Below are positions 22,551 to 35,400 of a stretch of DNA of 64,000 bases, one piece after another. The notes beneath the pieces are model-generated. The model ran no database searches, was not told where the DNA came from, and worked only from the letters and a program-made list of their open reading frames with translations. Origin of the DNA: Camelus ferus (Eukaryota). The stretch spans positions 45,200,001 to 45,264,000 of the forward strand of contig NC_045697.1 of assembly GCF_009834535.1 (NCBI RefSeq). Direction: 5' to 3'. Within the stretch, counting starts at the first letter, position 1, and every line of letters begins with the position of its first letter. Both the position numbers and the translations under genes were made by a program.

Positions 22551-23465
22551 TGTGATACTGTGCTTTATAAACAACAACTATATGTTAGGACTTTGTCCCT
22601 AATTCTGGCACACAGCTCCTAAACCCTTGGAACTTCCTAAGTGATGACAATGATAAAGATGTCTTTTGTTGGAGAGAGGGTATATCTCAGTGTTAGAGTG
22701 CATAGCATGCACGAGGTCCTGGGTTCAATCCATTCACTTCCATTAAAAAGAAAAAGGAGAATTATAAAAAAATATTTATCTTTTGTTGTATTAATGAGGT
22801 GAATTTTGGACCAAACCTAAGGATGCGTTCTGGTTGCCAGGAGAACCAATCATGAACCAACCATGTGATTAGAGGGTTGGAACTTTTAGTCCCACCCCAC
22901 TAACCTCAGGAGAGGGGAGAGGGTCTAGAATTTGATTCAATCACCAAAGGCCAATGATTTGATTAATCATGCCTATGAAATAAAGCCTTTATAAAAATCC
23001 AAAAGGAAGGAGTTCAGAGAGCGTCAGAGACTGGTGAACACGTGGAGATTTGGGGATAGTGGGTTGCTTTAAGGGGGCATGAAAGCCCCTGCCTTTCCTT
23101 AAACCTTATCCTATGCATCTCTTCCATCAGACTGTTGCTGAGTTTTACCCTTTTGTAATAAACTGGTAATCCAGTAAGTACATATTTCTTTAAGTTCTGT
23201 GAGTCACTCTAGTGTATTAATCAAAGCCAAGGAGGAGGTTGTGAGAGTCTTCAATACATAGTCAATAGGTCAGAAGTACAGGTAACAACCCAGTCTTGTG
23301 ACTGGCATCTAAAGGAGGGGGGGGGCAGTCTTCCAGGACTGAGACCTTAACCTGTGGGGTCTGACTCGGAATCCCGCTAAACTGTAGGACCTCCAGCTGG
23401 TTTTGGAGAATGGCTTGGTAGGGTGAGAACACCCCCTCCACACACTGAATTGGTGATCAGAATTG
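22551..23465. mobile_element. MER21-like LTR, interrupted by a SINE
   Basis: TGTGATACTGTG…CTGGCACACAGCTCCTAAACCCTTGGAA…CAACCATGTGATTAGAGGGTTGGAACTTT…AAGTTCTGTGAGTCACTCTAG matches MER21 as I recall it. Confidence 0.8.
22672..22778 (+). mobile_element. Vic-1-like SINE nested in the MER21-like LTR
   Basis: GAGGGTATATCTCAGTG…GAGGTCCTGGGTTCAATCC plus A tail. TSD TCTTTTGTTG (22662-22671 / 22779-22788). Confidence 0.85.
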
Positions 23466-23800
23466 TTTCCCTTAAGCAGCAACCTCTTCCCTGATGCGTT
23501 AGTTTCTAGTAACATGTACCGACCTTACTGCTACACGCTGGGTTCTCTGCTAAATCCTCGACAGCAACAAACCCATTTACTTACAATATCTTATGAAATG
23601 GAAACCACTACTATTCTTATTGAAGGGGTATAGAAACTGTGGCATAGAAATGTTAGAGACTTAAATTTAATGTCATGAATACTGGTGAGTGGCACAACTC
23701 AGATCTGTGTCAGACTCTAAATTCATGTTCTTAATTGCTATGCAGTTTGGTCCACAGATTAGCATGGTTTTGAAGACATATGAAAACTTGATTTTGGAAA

Positions 23801-23995
23801 TTTTTTTTTATTGAAGTACAGTTGATTTACAATGTTGTGTTAGTTTCCGGCGTACAGCATAGTGATTCAGTTTTACAAATATATAAATATATGTATTTTT
23901 CATTATAGGTTATTACAAGATATTGAATGTAGTTCCCTGGGCTATACATTAGGACCTTGTTGTTTATGTATTTTATATAAAGTAGTTTGTATCTG
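23801..23995 (-). mobile_element. 5'-truncated L1 3' end
   Basis: T tail then ATTGAAGTACAGTTGATTTACAATGTTGTG…. Flanked by ttggaaatttt / ttggagatttt. Confidence 0.85.
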
Positions 23996-24699
23996 TTGGA
24001 GATTTTTTAAATAAGTATTCATGTTTTCCTATTGGTGAACAAATTCAGACCTTTCACAGCACAGAATTCAGAGCTCACTGAACAATGATGCCCACTGAGA
24101 GTGGATTAATGTCAGTGTCGCCAGGATGCAGGTTTGGGGCGGATGGCAGCCCCTGACTCTGTCCTGGGCTGCTCTCATTTTTATCAGCATGAAGATCGAA
24201 AAAGTCACAAAACTGATGCAGCATAAATATTCAAAACATTTTTGTTTTGCTGCAATAACGAATTAAACCAAATCAGACAAAGGTTGACAGACTTAAGTGA
24301 GGTTCAAAACTCACTTGTGCAAATTCAAGTGGAGAAAATTGGTCTCACCAAAGTTCACGTAAAGGGCCCTCGTGATTTAAAGTGACCTCTCTCTCCACTG
24401 GACCAACACTGTGACGTCACGTAGGTGTTTTTAGTAGCCGTCTCCGTCTCACTGAGCAAGTCCTGCATCCAGATGGAGGAAGACTGGAGGCCTGTCGCCC
24501 ACTGGGCTGCCAAACCACATCTGTTGATTTCATCCTATTGTTTTTAGTTCTGAGGCTTCCAGAGGGACATTCATAAACCCGGCAGCACCAAGAAGACAGC
24601 GCTAAGGACAGTGAAGGTTTATGGATCCGAGCCACGTGAGACTTTGGCTGGACCCAGGGCTGTTATGCCTGAAGGGAAGACTTGGTGGAGAATAACCAC

Positions 24700-24810
24700 T
24701 GTCAGAAGACTTCAGCTTATCATGTAAAAGGGAAGAATTAGAGCCAAAAAGTGAAAATTACAAAGAGGTAAATTTCAAGTCAAGGTAAAGAATTTTCTAA
24801 TCAATATATA
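24700..24810 (+). mobile_element. L3/CR1 3' relic
   Basis: TTACAAAGAGGTAAATTTCAAGTCAAGGTAAAGAATTTTCTAATC resembles the L3 3' region. Confidence 0.45.
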
Positions 24811-26155
24811 TGTTCTGTGTCCCTTATGGTGACAGGAGACATCCCCACGGAGAGTCATAAGACCATACCCTTGCCTTCAAGGCACTCACTGACCATAAGC
24901 AAGAGCATTTGTTGACTTATAAATGTTGATCTGCTTAAATGGAACCTTTGAAGTTGCGGCAGACGCCAGCAGTGTGGCGCAGAGGACGAGGGACTGATTC
25001 TCTGTAGGTGTTCAGGGGCACTTCCCAGAACTGATAATTAAGTATGACCTAGAAGCTCAGGTATGAAATTTGCAGGGGGACCCATGCGAAGGACGTGTTC
25101 CCAGGAGAAAGCAGGAAGGGAGTTCGGGATGTCACATAAGGAAGGGAAGAACCCAAGCAAGGTGCCATCTCGGGCGAAGTCCCAGATCCAGCCTGAGCTC
25201 TGGAGCATAAATGACTCCTCAGTGTTTGTCCTTCTTGAAGTAAGAGCTGAGCTTTTGTGCTTCCACACCGGTCTGTCGCTGGAGGTGGGCGCCCTTGATG
25301 GGAGAGCAGGGGGAGGGGATAAAACTCCAGGGTGTATAGGGAACAGGCAGGGCATCTCCAGGGTCCTGGATGCCGGGAGTGGGATGCCCATGGCAGCGCG
25401 GGCAGCAGATGGAGGAAGGGTGTGAGACGTGGTTAAAGGGTCACACGTGGTGACGGGGATCTGGGTCTACACTGACAGTGTCTTCCCTCAGAGCCATGGG
25501 AGGGAGGGCCTTCTGGCAGAAGAACTGGCTGGACAAAGATGCGAGAAATGAAGTGTGCTTGGAAAATACACCTGGTATTCCTCAGCGTGGAGGGCGACTA
25601 GAGCTCAAGAGGAGACAGGCCAGGGAGCTGGGCTGGCAGACTTTTGTGGTGCCAAGGGGGGGAAAATATTCCAGCAGGCTCCAGGCAGGCAGGAATCGCA
25701 AGGAAATCTAAGAAAAAACGACTGTAGTGTGGCGACGCATCGTGGAGGCTGATTCTGGAAGGTGATTCTGGATTCAGAGATGCCCTGGGGAGCTCACAGG
25801 AGTTAGTGGATGGCTACTTTAGTTCTCTGGTGGATTTTCTCTACTTTTCCTGATTGAGACTCTCTTGGCCCAGATATACAGCACTGACCTTCTCTGAGCA
25901 AAACTTTTGGGATCAGCCCACTTCTTAATTTCCTGTGAAGCTTTGGGGAGGGACCTGACCCTGGTGCCCAACAGTCGGAGTGCAGGGCAGGATGTCATAA
26001 GTCCCAGCAACCTGGACACATGTCACCAGACACAACAGGGAGATTAAAGGACTGGCGGCCATGGTACAGGTTCTGTGATTGGTCAGAATAAGCTTTTCAG
26101 GAGCCAGATGGAGAAGATCCTTGTATCGTGATCCGTGGCTGTGTAACCAGCTGCA

Positions 26156-26310
26156 CAGGACCAGGACTAGGGAGAGGGGAGTGAGGCGAGTGAGGCATCT
26201 CTGGTACAAAATCTAAGGAGACTCACTCTCAGGGTCACTAAAGCACAAGTGAAGCCCTCCTTACATTTTGCACCCTGGCACCTCACTGACCTTACTCTAG
26301 TTCCAATCTT
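26156..26310. mobile_element. MER96-like palindromic hAT element
   Basis: Imperfect inverted ends: GACTAGGG…GAGGCGAGTGAGGCA…CAAAAT versus ATTTTGCAC…CCTCACTGACCTTACTCTAG. Confidence 0.7.
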
Positions 26311-26772
26311 TAGTCACCCCGAAACTGAATGGTTTTGCTCTGGGACCTTTGGGTCAGTAATGCAGGGTGGGATGAGCTGGGCAGTTCTTCTGCTGGCCTA
26401 GGCTGGGCTGGTCCAGGCTGGGCTGGTCCATGTGTCCGTGGGCAGCGGGGTTTGGCTGGTTGGTGATGGCCTTCCCTGGAATGTCTAGGATGACTGGACC
26501 CTCTTCCCATGTGCTCTCTCATCCACTGGCTTATTCACATGGACTTCCAAAGGTCCCAAAGGACAGAAAGAGAGGGCACAGTGCTTTTTAAGTCCCTGTG
26601 TATGTTAACTTTTCTGCTGTCCCAATTGCCAAAGCAAGTCACATGCCCACGCCCAGGGTAAAGGGGTGGAGAAATAGACTCCGCCTCCTCATGGGAAGAG
26701 CTGCTAAGTCACTTTGCAAAAGTGCACACATACAGGAAAGGGGCAATTCTGTTGCTATTTTTCAATTTACCA
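26311..26772 (-). mobile_element. Old MaLR LTR (MLT1-type)
   Basis: GTCCCAATTGCCAAAGCAAGTCACATG…GGAGAAATAGACTCCGCCTC…GGGAAGAGCTGC are MLT1F/H-like motifs. Confidence 0.7.
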
Positions 26773-29496
26773 AAATCTCATATGTAAAGGAGAGGAACAT
26801 GGTTTCTATCCCCTAGTCAAGGGAGCTGTTGAAGTCTTTCAAGCCACGGAGTCATGATCAGATTGGGTGGCAAGAGATGTCACTAAGGCAGCTGTCAGAA
26901 AGAAGGAAGATTGTCAGGGTAAGGGGGGAGGTAATGAGAGGGTCGGGGTGGGTGAGAAATGGTGAAACCTTGTGTCAAGTGAGCAGGAGTGAGGATGGAG
27001 TAGAGAGGACAGGGTCAGATACCTTTAGCAGTTACAATGAAAACTATGGATGAAATCATTGGGGTACTGGAAAAGAAAACTGTGGAATTGCAGATTGAAG
27101 CTGCTTCCGAGTCAGGGTTCCCAGATTCAGCTGGGCTCTCTGCTTCCCTCTTCCCGTGGTCCTTCCAGCCTTCACTTTCAAAAGCCCTTCCGCTCTCGCT
27201 CCTATTCACTTTCAGCTGGAGATCTTGCCTCCTGATTGAGGCAATGGGGGAAAACTGAGGTGCACAGGGGAAAATTGAGGTTGACTGGCAAAATCAACCC
27301 AACTTCCATCTTCCTCCATCTACTCCCCACCCTCCTCTCTAACTCGTCTTCATCGGCACCCACCAGGACTATCCGGGTCTCTCCGAAGACAGTCTCTTCC
27401 TGCCCAAGGTTAAGACCTCTCCCTGTGATCTCCATCCCTTCTTCTCCACTCGCCTTGGATCTTGCATCATCTCCTTTTACAAACGGTTACTGTCCCTGTT
27501 ATAAAATTTCAGTATGATGGAGACCAAGACATTAAATATATTGTAAAGTCATGCTTTCAAATTTTCTCTTATGAGTACAGCTAGTCAACAGTCAATCACT
27601 TTAAAAACAATTTGAACCTTTTGTACAAATAAGGTGGCCCCAAATGAAGTTTCTTTGTCCCTGGTTCCAACTTCAGAACTGTGTGAAAAGGGTTAACTCT
27701 CCTCTGAGTCCACACACCCTATTTTTCTTCTGGGTAACTCTCGCAGTATTTTACCTGAGACATGAAATTGTGGGTGATGTGCTCTGGGGCTCAAAAGAGA
27801 TGGAAATACTGGAAGAAGATCAGAGAGCAAAGAGAGACAGGGCTGGGGGAGTGGGAGGGATTCATTTATGTGGAAACATGAAAGCAGAACTAACTAGGCA
27901 ATGACTAATGATATGATAACTGTCTACCAACACCCGTGTGTATGATGTGAATGCCAAGCAGTCATTGCTTCATTCAGCACAAAGATACAATCTGAGCAGT
28001 TGCACGGTAGACAAAAAAATAAAATAAATAAAAAAAAACAGCATTGTTAATTACAGTCACAGAAGAATAAAAGGAGAAACTGACATGATTTCATGAAGAC
28101 AACGTCCTTTCTCTGAGGACAACTCCTATCCATTCGTTCCTCTCTTCAACAAACTTGCAGTACTGGAGCCATAAAGAAGTCAACTTTCAGCTTTCCCCAT
28201 CCCACCCGGAGGTCCGAGCCTCTAACATTTCCTTCATTTCCTAACTGGCCTTCCTGAATCCTCTCCATTCAAGGTTCAGCCAAGAAATTTTATTGCTGAT
28301 AAGGCCAAAGCAATAGCATCCTGATGTAAAATTAAACTCATCTCAGGAAAAATATATATTCCATATAGCATTCAGGTCGACTGTGGATCCTGGAGGCCAC
28401 CAGCCGAGAGGGGTGTAGGAGCAGCTGGGCGTCACTCCTGCTGTAAACGCCAACCAGGGCTGAGTCATGGAGGTCAGTACACTCCTCCCAGTTCTCTCGC
28501 CCCAGCAACTAATCCTGCCCTCCTCCCGGGGGACAATGACTCGCCCCCTATTGCCATCATCTTCACGGATCTCCAGGGCCAGTGGAAGGTCCACGTCAAA
28601 GCAGACATACTGACCGCACTGACCGTGCTCTTTTCTAAGGAAATGTATCATCAGCATCACTGAAGCAAAGGAAATCTCAGTTTCACAATTACCCATTCAT
28701 TCAAAAACGCACACGGAGTGCAGACAGTGTGCTAGGTTTTTTGCTGGTCGCACAAAGAACACCCTAGACATGGTCTCAGCTCCAAGGAGCTGTGTAAGGG
28801 CTGCTTGCACCACTAGGTACCGTGACTCAGGACCTGCATTTCACAGCGTCGGTGTCTAAGGCCCCATGTGGAATGATGGGTATCAGATGGTCATGGGAGT
28901 TGCGCGCGTGGATGGGATGGGGCCAAACAGAAAGGGCTTGGTCGTTTAGGGAGGGCTTGGTCGTTCAGAAGCTGTTTGAGCGAGGAACCCCCAAAAGCTT
29001 AGTTAATTGTGGAGGGGTGGGAATTAGAGATGGAAGATGACTAAATGTGTTAGACCAAGCGCAGAGAAAGTGTGTCTGAGAATCCTGAGTTAGCTCCCAG
29101 TGACAGCTAAGGGCAACCTCCCCACAGCATCTTGAACAGAATGGGACCGGGGACTATGGATAAGGGAATAGACTGCTGAACTCTGGAACAGAATGACCAG
29201 CTTTCAAAAAAGAAAACGGGTATTGGATGTTGAAGGGGTCTTTACTGCCCTCAAGTGGTGGAACACGGTAGCTCTAAAATAATCGGACACGATTTACTTT
29301 TTCTAAACCATAGAGAGGCTGGATGATACTACGTTTGACAGAGAGGTTTGAACGCATGTCATTAGAGCACCATCCCAGTTTTGGAGTTTGTCCTCTCTTT
29401 ATATGTTCTACATTAGTTGTCACCTGATTTCTACTTCTAAGCTAGATTGTCCCGTTCCTCCAGCTTTAGTTGCCGACGATTGAATCATTGGAGAAA

Positions 29497-29515
29497 TGCT
29501 GCCACCTTGTGGGCG
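29497..29515 (-). promoter_or_regulatory. Candidate CTCF binding site
   Basis: Reverse complement CGCCCACAAGGTGGCAGCA matches the CTCF core CCASYAGRKGGCRS with one tolerated deviation. Confidence 0.6.
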
Positions 29516-31988
29516 ATGTGAAAAGAGGCACCGAGGGCGAGCAAGGAAAGCTGTAACGTGGTGAGGAGGAAAACTGCGAAGCCGGCAGAAGGAATCTGAC
29601 ATTTCTGTTCTCCTCTTTGTAAGGAGAGGACGTACAGTGTTTGTGAATTGTAGTTTGGTCACTTCCGTGTGACTCTAGGTACATTAACTTGTTAGCCTCG
29701 GTTTCCTTATCTGTACAATAGACATCATAACACATGAAGAACACAATACATCTTCATAATTTGCCTCATTATTTGCCTCCTTTCTTGCAAGAGCTTCTTG
29801 CCTTTTTCTATCCCCTAAATAGGAAGAAAGTTCCCTGTTTACACGAATTTGCCCTAAAGCATATGTCACTGCCGTGCTATGTTATAGTTATAGGCAGCCG
29901 TCCATAAAATGCAGGGGGCAAAAATAAGCCTGCATTTGTATAACTGAACATAATTTTCTAGATCTTGTATCTTTCCTATCCCTCTCTTTGTCCATTTCTA
30001 GCCTTTTGAGTTTGACCCGGTCGAACTGCAGATTCATTTCACCCAGTTCCTGTTTAAAGCCTCCATTGCCACTTCCTCCTCAGGTCACCTTGTGCTGGTC
30101 GTCACTTACTCTCGTCCCCCCCGCTACCCACCTGCAAAGCAGATCCTCAGCGCAGGGGAGCCCCCAGGACCCACAAGTCACAGGTTTCCTAGAAAAAAGA
30201 GCAAGGACATTGTCTCAATCATATTTACTTAAGGACATGGAACATTTACTTAAGGACATGCTTATCTACGTTTCTTCCTGTTTTTCACGGTGGTGCAGGG
30301 AGAAACATAATAAAACTGGAAAAATGATTTTTAGGAAATCATATTTTAGACCATGAAATGGGGCCATTGATTTCCATTTTCCAAAGTAAACACTTCGAAA
30401 GATGGGAACCAATGAAGTGGAAACCTAAGAAGTTCCTACATGACTTTATTTCCCAAAAGATTTTACTTACTTCCTGCAGGTCCCAAGTGCCTCCTGCCTT
30501 CTTTAATAGTATGGTAGTTTAGCAGAGCACAGATTTCCAAACCCTATCTGGCAGATGTTGGGGGCTCTGGATTTTCTGGGGAAACGCTCCCCTCTCCAGA
30601 GGGAGGCCCGCAGCTTTCTTATGAGAGGAGGGCTTGGCCTTAGTCTGGGATCTCCTTGGCCTCAGCTTCTTCCATTTCCACAGACCCTTCTCCCTGTAAG
30701 ACTCTTAGCTGTGCTCATCTTCAGTTTTCAACAGAAGAAGAAGAGAATCACATATGCTTCAGCCTAAGAGGGACCAGCCCTATTTGCAAATATATTTCTT
30801 GGGAAACACTTGGCCTCAGCCTTGAGTTTTAGGTAAATGCAGAATTAAGAGCAATTACATAATAAAGCCATTTCTGTGTCAAGTGTAGGAATCACTGAGA
30901 GGTGAAGATTGTGTCTAAATGGAATTTCCAAAAGGTCTCTGAAAATTACCTTGCAAAGTTTACACTTTGCATAGGTAAGGCGGGTGGATGGTCTGGCCGT
31001 GCAGTACCTATTACCTCGCAGTGTTTTGTTAGGACATGTTACCTTTAAGGAGAGGGGACCTGGTCTCCATTACTGCCTTGGGGTTCCTGTTTTGCTTCTG
31101 AGAGATGTTCCCAAATGTCTGGACATGCCCAGGTGCACCGCCAACCTGTCACTCACGAGTCCCGCAGGGCACATTCCTGAGGGCATCTCCTTCCCATCAG
31201 CGATAAATGGGGTTTGCCTCCCACTCAGTTCCATCCCTCTGCAGCCCACGGGTCTTCCAGCTCCATGGAAACATTTCCATCAGAGGCGGGTTGTCAGGCA
31301 GGCAGTTCAGACAATGGACAGTGAACAATCCCTTTTCCACGATGAGGGCAGAGGGCGAGACTCAGCTGATAGGAGCGAAGCATGTGACACGCGTACGCAA
31401 GGGCTCACCCACATCCCAGGTCTTCTCCCATCGTCTGTGTCTGGACCTGACTCCGTCCTCACCAACAGGAGGGCCAATTATCATGGCACTCACTCTCTCT
31501 GATGCTTTGGGATAGAATTATTGTAAACAAGTGGTCCTGACCTGGAGTTCGTGGATGGGTTCCAGAGGACCTGTGATCTCCTGAAATGGAATGTAAACTG
31601 TATGTGATGTGTGTTTGTATGTGTTTTGCTGTGTGTTTTTTTTTTCCTGAGGAAAAAGTCCATGTATTCCCTAGAGTTTGCAAAAGGAGTTTTAATTCTC
31701 AATGGTCAGCTAACTAGCTTCCCAAAGTATCAGAATTTGGTCCTTCAGACCACTGAGTTATCTTCTTGGGCCCCAACTATTCCTTCTGCTAGAAGAAAAA
31801 GAAGAAAATTAACCAATTTCTATGGAGCATCGTCTATACGCCATCGTCTATACGTCCGCATAGAGTAGCTCCTATAATTATCTTGACAACCATGCAAGCT
31901 CAGAGCCATTCCCCTGGTCACAGACGGGTACATGGAAGCCCACAGAGGTCAAGAAACTTGCCCAGCAAAACCTGGCATTCAAATAAGC

Positions 31989-32487
31989 CCAGACACACCT
32001 CAGAGATAGCGTGGGGTTGGGTCCAGACCACCACAATAAAGCGAATGTGGCAATAAAGCAAGTTACCTGAATGTTCTGGTTTCCCAGAGCGTATAAAATT
32101 ACGTTACACTATACTGTTAGCTAGTAAGTGTGCAATGGGCATTATGTCTAAAATAACCCACGTATTAAGAACACCTTAATTAAAAAATACTTTATTGCTA
32201 AAAAAAATGGTAACCATCATCTGAGCCTTTCAGCAAGTTGTAATCTTTTTGATAGCACCCTTAAAGATCACTGACTACTATCACTATAAAAATATAATAA
32301 TAATGAAAAAGTTTGAGATATTGCAAGAATTAGCAAAATGTGACAGAGATATGAAGTGAGCAAATGCTGTTGGAAAGATGGTGCCCATAGACTTGCTCCA
32401 TGCCGGGTTGCACAAGCCTTCGATTTGTAAGAGATGCAACATCTCCGAAGGGCAAACAGCCAATCACTATAAAACGAGCCGCGCCTG
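31989..32487 (-). mobile_element. Internally deleted Tigger1-derived element
   Basis: CAGACACACCTCAGAGATAG…CCAGACCACCACAATAAAGCGAAT… and the other end ATAAAACGAGCCGCGCCTG; both are Tigger1-like termini. Confidence 0.82.
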
Positions 32488-35400
32488 CACTCCAGACTCC
32501 AGGGCGCACACCACAGACCCCACCGCCCGGCGCTGATCAACGGCGTCCTGCTTGCTTCTTTGCCAGTTCTCTCTCCTTACTCTTGTTCTTCAGTCACTCT
32601 CCGTTTTGTGAAAATCAACCATTCCTATCTGGGGGTGTCTGGCCCTTTCCTCACCTGCTCTGTGCTTACACCCCTGTCACACAGCGGTGGCCCTTGGGTC
32701 CAATCTGCTCTTGCAGATATTTTTATGATGAACAGGGTTTTGCCAATATTTCAGAACTGGAATAATTCACATGAAAGTATGGATTCTGGACTGCTTGGGA
32801 AAACATCAGGAGATGCGGCAATACCAAGCCACGTGCTCTCTTGATCAAGGGAGGCTGGAGCTGAGCAGACGGGCAGGCGTTGTACTCAGGTTCACCGGGT
32901 TCCCTCCACACCCCCTGCCCCTCGCCGTCGTCACTCCCCCGTCATCTGCTGCGGCCTCTAGCGTCTGGGTATTCAACTCCTGGCCTCTCCCTCCTCTTCT
33001 TCCCCCTTTCCCTCCCTATGCCTTCCGTACTCACCCCGCTATGGGCCCTCCCTCGCTATAATAAATACCTTTGATTTCTCCTGGGTTTCTTGTGATCTCT
33101 CTCTTGACCTTTCTCTCTCCTGTCATCTCTGCTCTGTTTTCCCCTCCACCCTCATAAAGAGCTACAGGCAAAGAGAGGCTCGTGGAGACGAAGCTGTCCC
33201 CCGGCCGGCTTTTCTGAGCCCCGCGGAGTAAAGGCACTAAGTCGGACAGATTGCCCAGGGCTACCCCTGGTCCATTAGCATCTCCTTTCTCGTGTTTTCT
33301 TAACAGGAAAAGGAACAACCTGACACATGTAAGTGTTCTAGAGGCCAGTTTTATCCCAATTGTCTTGCCTCTTAAAACAAACAACAAGAGTGAAATGGTC
33401 AAACTGGAGGTACGGAGAAAACAGGGGCAGATGCATCGACTCCGTCGGTGCCTCCCCACCTTCCGGATGCTCTCAGACACTCAGACCTGGGGTTACATAA
33501 GTGGCAGCAGGCTTCTTTAGGGACACGGCATGTGATTCTTTAATGTTCAATATCCCACTCTCTGAGTTAAGCTTTTCAAGGCTCACATGATTGGATGTTC
33601 CACTGTATGGACTCATTTTATGGATATTTAATTTAGTGGTAAGTTACGCTAATGTTCCTACATGTCACCCTTTCTGTCTTGCAAGTCTGGGAGGGAAGCA
33701 GGAGATGAGGGGGAAAGACGCCTGGGAAAGATGGAGTGGTACTGAGGATCCCCCTCCTAACGGCAAAAGTGCGTTTGTCAAGTTCTGCAGGATCAGCGTT
33801 CCCACTCAGCTCTGCGATGTGAAGCGGGGAGGTCGGTCTCACAGTGGCGAGGGGGCACCTGTTGTTTGTGAAGAAACCCACAAGGCCCTGCAGATGCCAA
33901 CTGTGCCCACAGTGTGGTCTTCGGTGGCCCATGCTTTGTTCAATGGACTTGTCCTAAGTGGTGTGTGATCCTGCTGGGCGTGATGAACGGAAACGTATTT
34001 CCCCGCTGGACATGAGCACCCCACCTCAGAGATGTTTAATCAGAATATCCAGCTGATCCTTAGCAGATAGTGGCTCTTACCTCTAAGCTTTCATATTCAT
34101 ACCCATTTCTTCATTTCATCCTCCACCCTGGTGACACCTCACACATTGACAGAAATCAGTTAGCCCAGTGGATTTACACCTGAAGACTGGAGACGGCTGA
34201 GGGCAGCCAAGTTAATGCGTGAGGCCGGAACGCTAGCCCTGCCTGCGCTAGTCTGTACTGACTGCTTCAAGGGTAACAAAGGACGGGCTAATCTTGTGTG
34301 AGGTCACAACGAGGCAGCAGTGGGCGCATCACCCCCAGGCTGGAGTCTCCCTGCCTCCTCGGCCGCCTGGACTGGGAGGGGAGCCCGCGGGGGAATCCTT
34401 TGGCAGTGGTCCCTGTGATATGCCTGCAGAAATACCGTTTGTGGTGTTAGTCTGGAGCACGTCTTGTTTCCCTCTCTCTGTTTTCCAGTGTGGTATGAAC
34501 ATGGAAGGCCAATGTATGGAGGAGTCAGGGGGATGGAGAATTACCTGGACTGTGGCTGCTTCTTATCTGACTCAGCTCCCTTCCCTTTGCATGTAGATTA
34601 TGGTGGATGGCATCCTTCTAGTGAATAAAGTGTACCTTTCAGGCACCATATGGAGCCTGTCTCTGTTCTGGTGCCTTTGACTGAGGCCCCGAGGCTGGCG
34701 TGTGTTGTGTCCAGGAATTGCAGGAGCTCTGAGAAGATTTGCAGAAGCCCTGCATCTGTCTCCCCTGTTCTGTTTCCTGATGGACTGTTGCTCACTGTGA
34801 TATCGTACATCTAGGGAAGGCTTTAGATGAACTTGAAGAGCTTATCTGAGATTCAGGAGTCGATTTTATCCTGGGACCTGCCACCAACATGTTTTCTGGC
34901 CTTGGATGGTTCACTGGGTTTCTCAAGTTCTCTCTTTCATGCCTTCATATGGAGAATTGTCAAATAAAGCATTTCTCCCTTTTTGGAAAATACTTGCTGC
35001 TTATTTTAAGAAATGCAGTTCAAATGTTTCAAATATCTATGACAGGCATGTAAAACACTGCAGTAGACACTGGGGTGGGGGAGGAGATGCAAAGGGAAGA
35101 AAAGAACCAAGAGCTTTATTATGAGGATGTTATTCCCATTTTACACATAAGTAAACTGAGGTATGGAGAAGCTAATTAAATCGTACAAGGCCACCAACCT
35201 CAGAAGCTCTGGCATTCAAACACAAATTGATTTGATACCAAAGGCTGTGATCTTCTTATGGTTCCATGTTTGCTACAAAAATGATGGGAATATGGCTTCT
35301 GTCCCCAAAGGGCTTGTGGTGTAGACCTGATTCAGTAACTACGGCTCAAGGACTAGTCTTAGATTCTGCATAATAGAGAAAGAACAGAGCTATGGGAAAA

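Noticed and set aside
30984..31502. Longest ORF in the window (172 aa)
   Set aside because: GTG start, no recognisable domain and no supporting splice structure. Its length is compatible with chance in GC-richer DNA.
16096..31856. Several isolated short tandem duplications (e.g. ~16096-16127, ~28953-28985, ~30223-30260, ~31828-31855)
   Set aside because: Two-copy slippage duplications with unrelated units. There is no spacer-repeat array, so this is not CRISPR-like.
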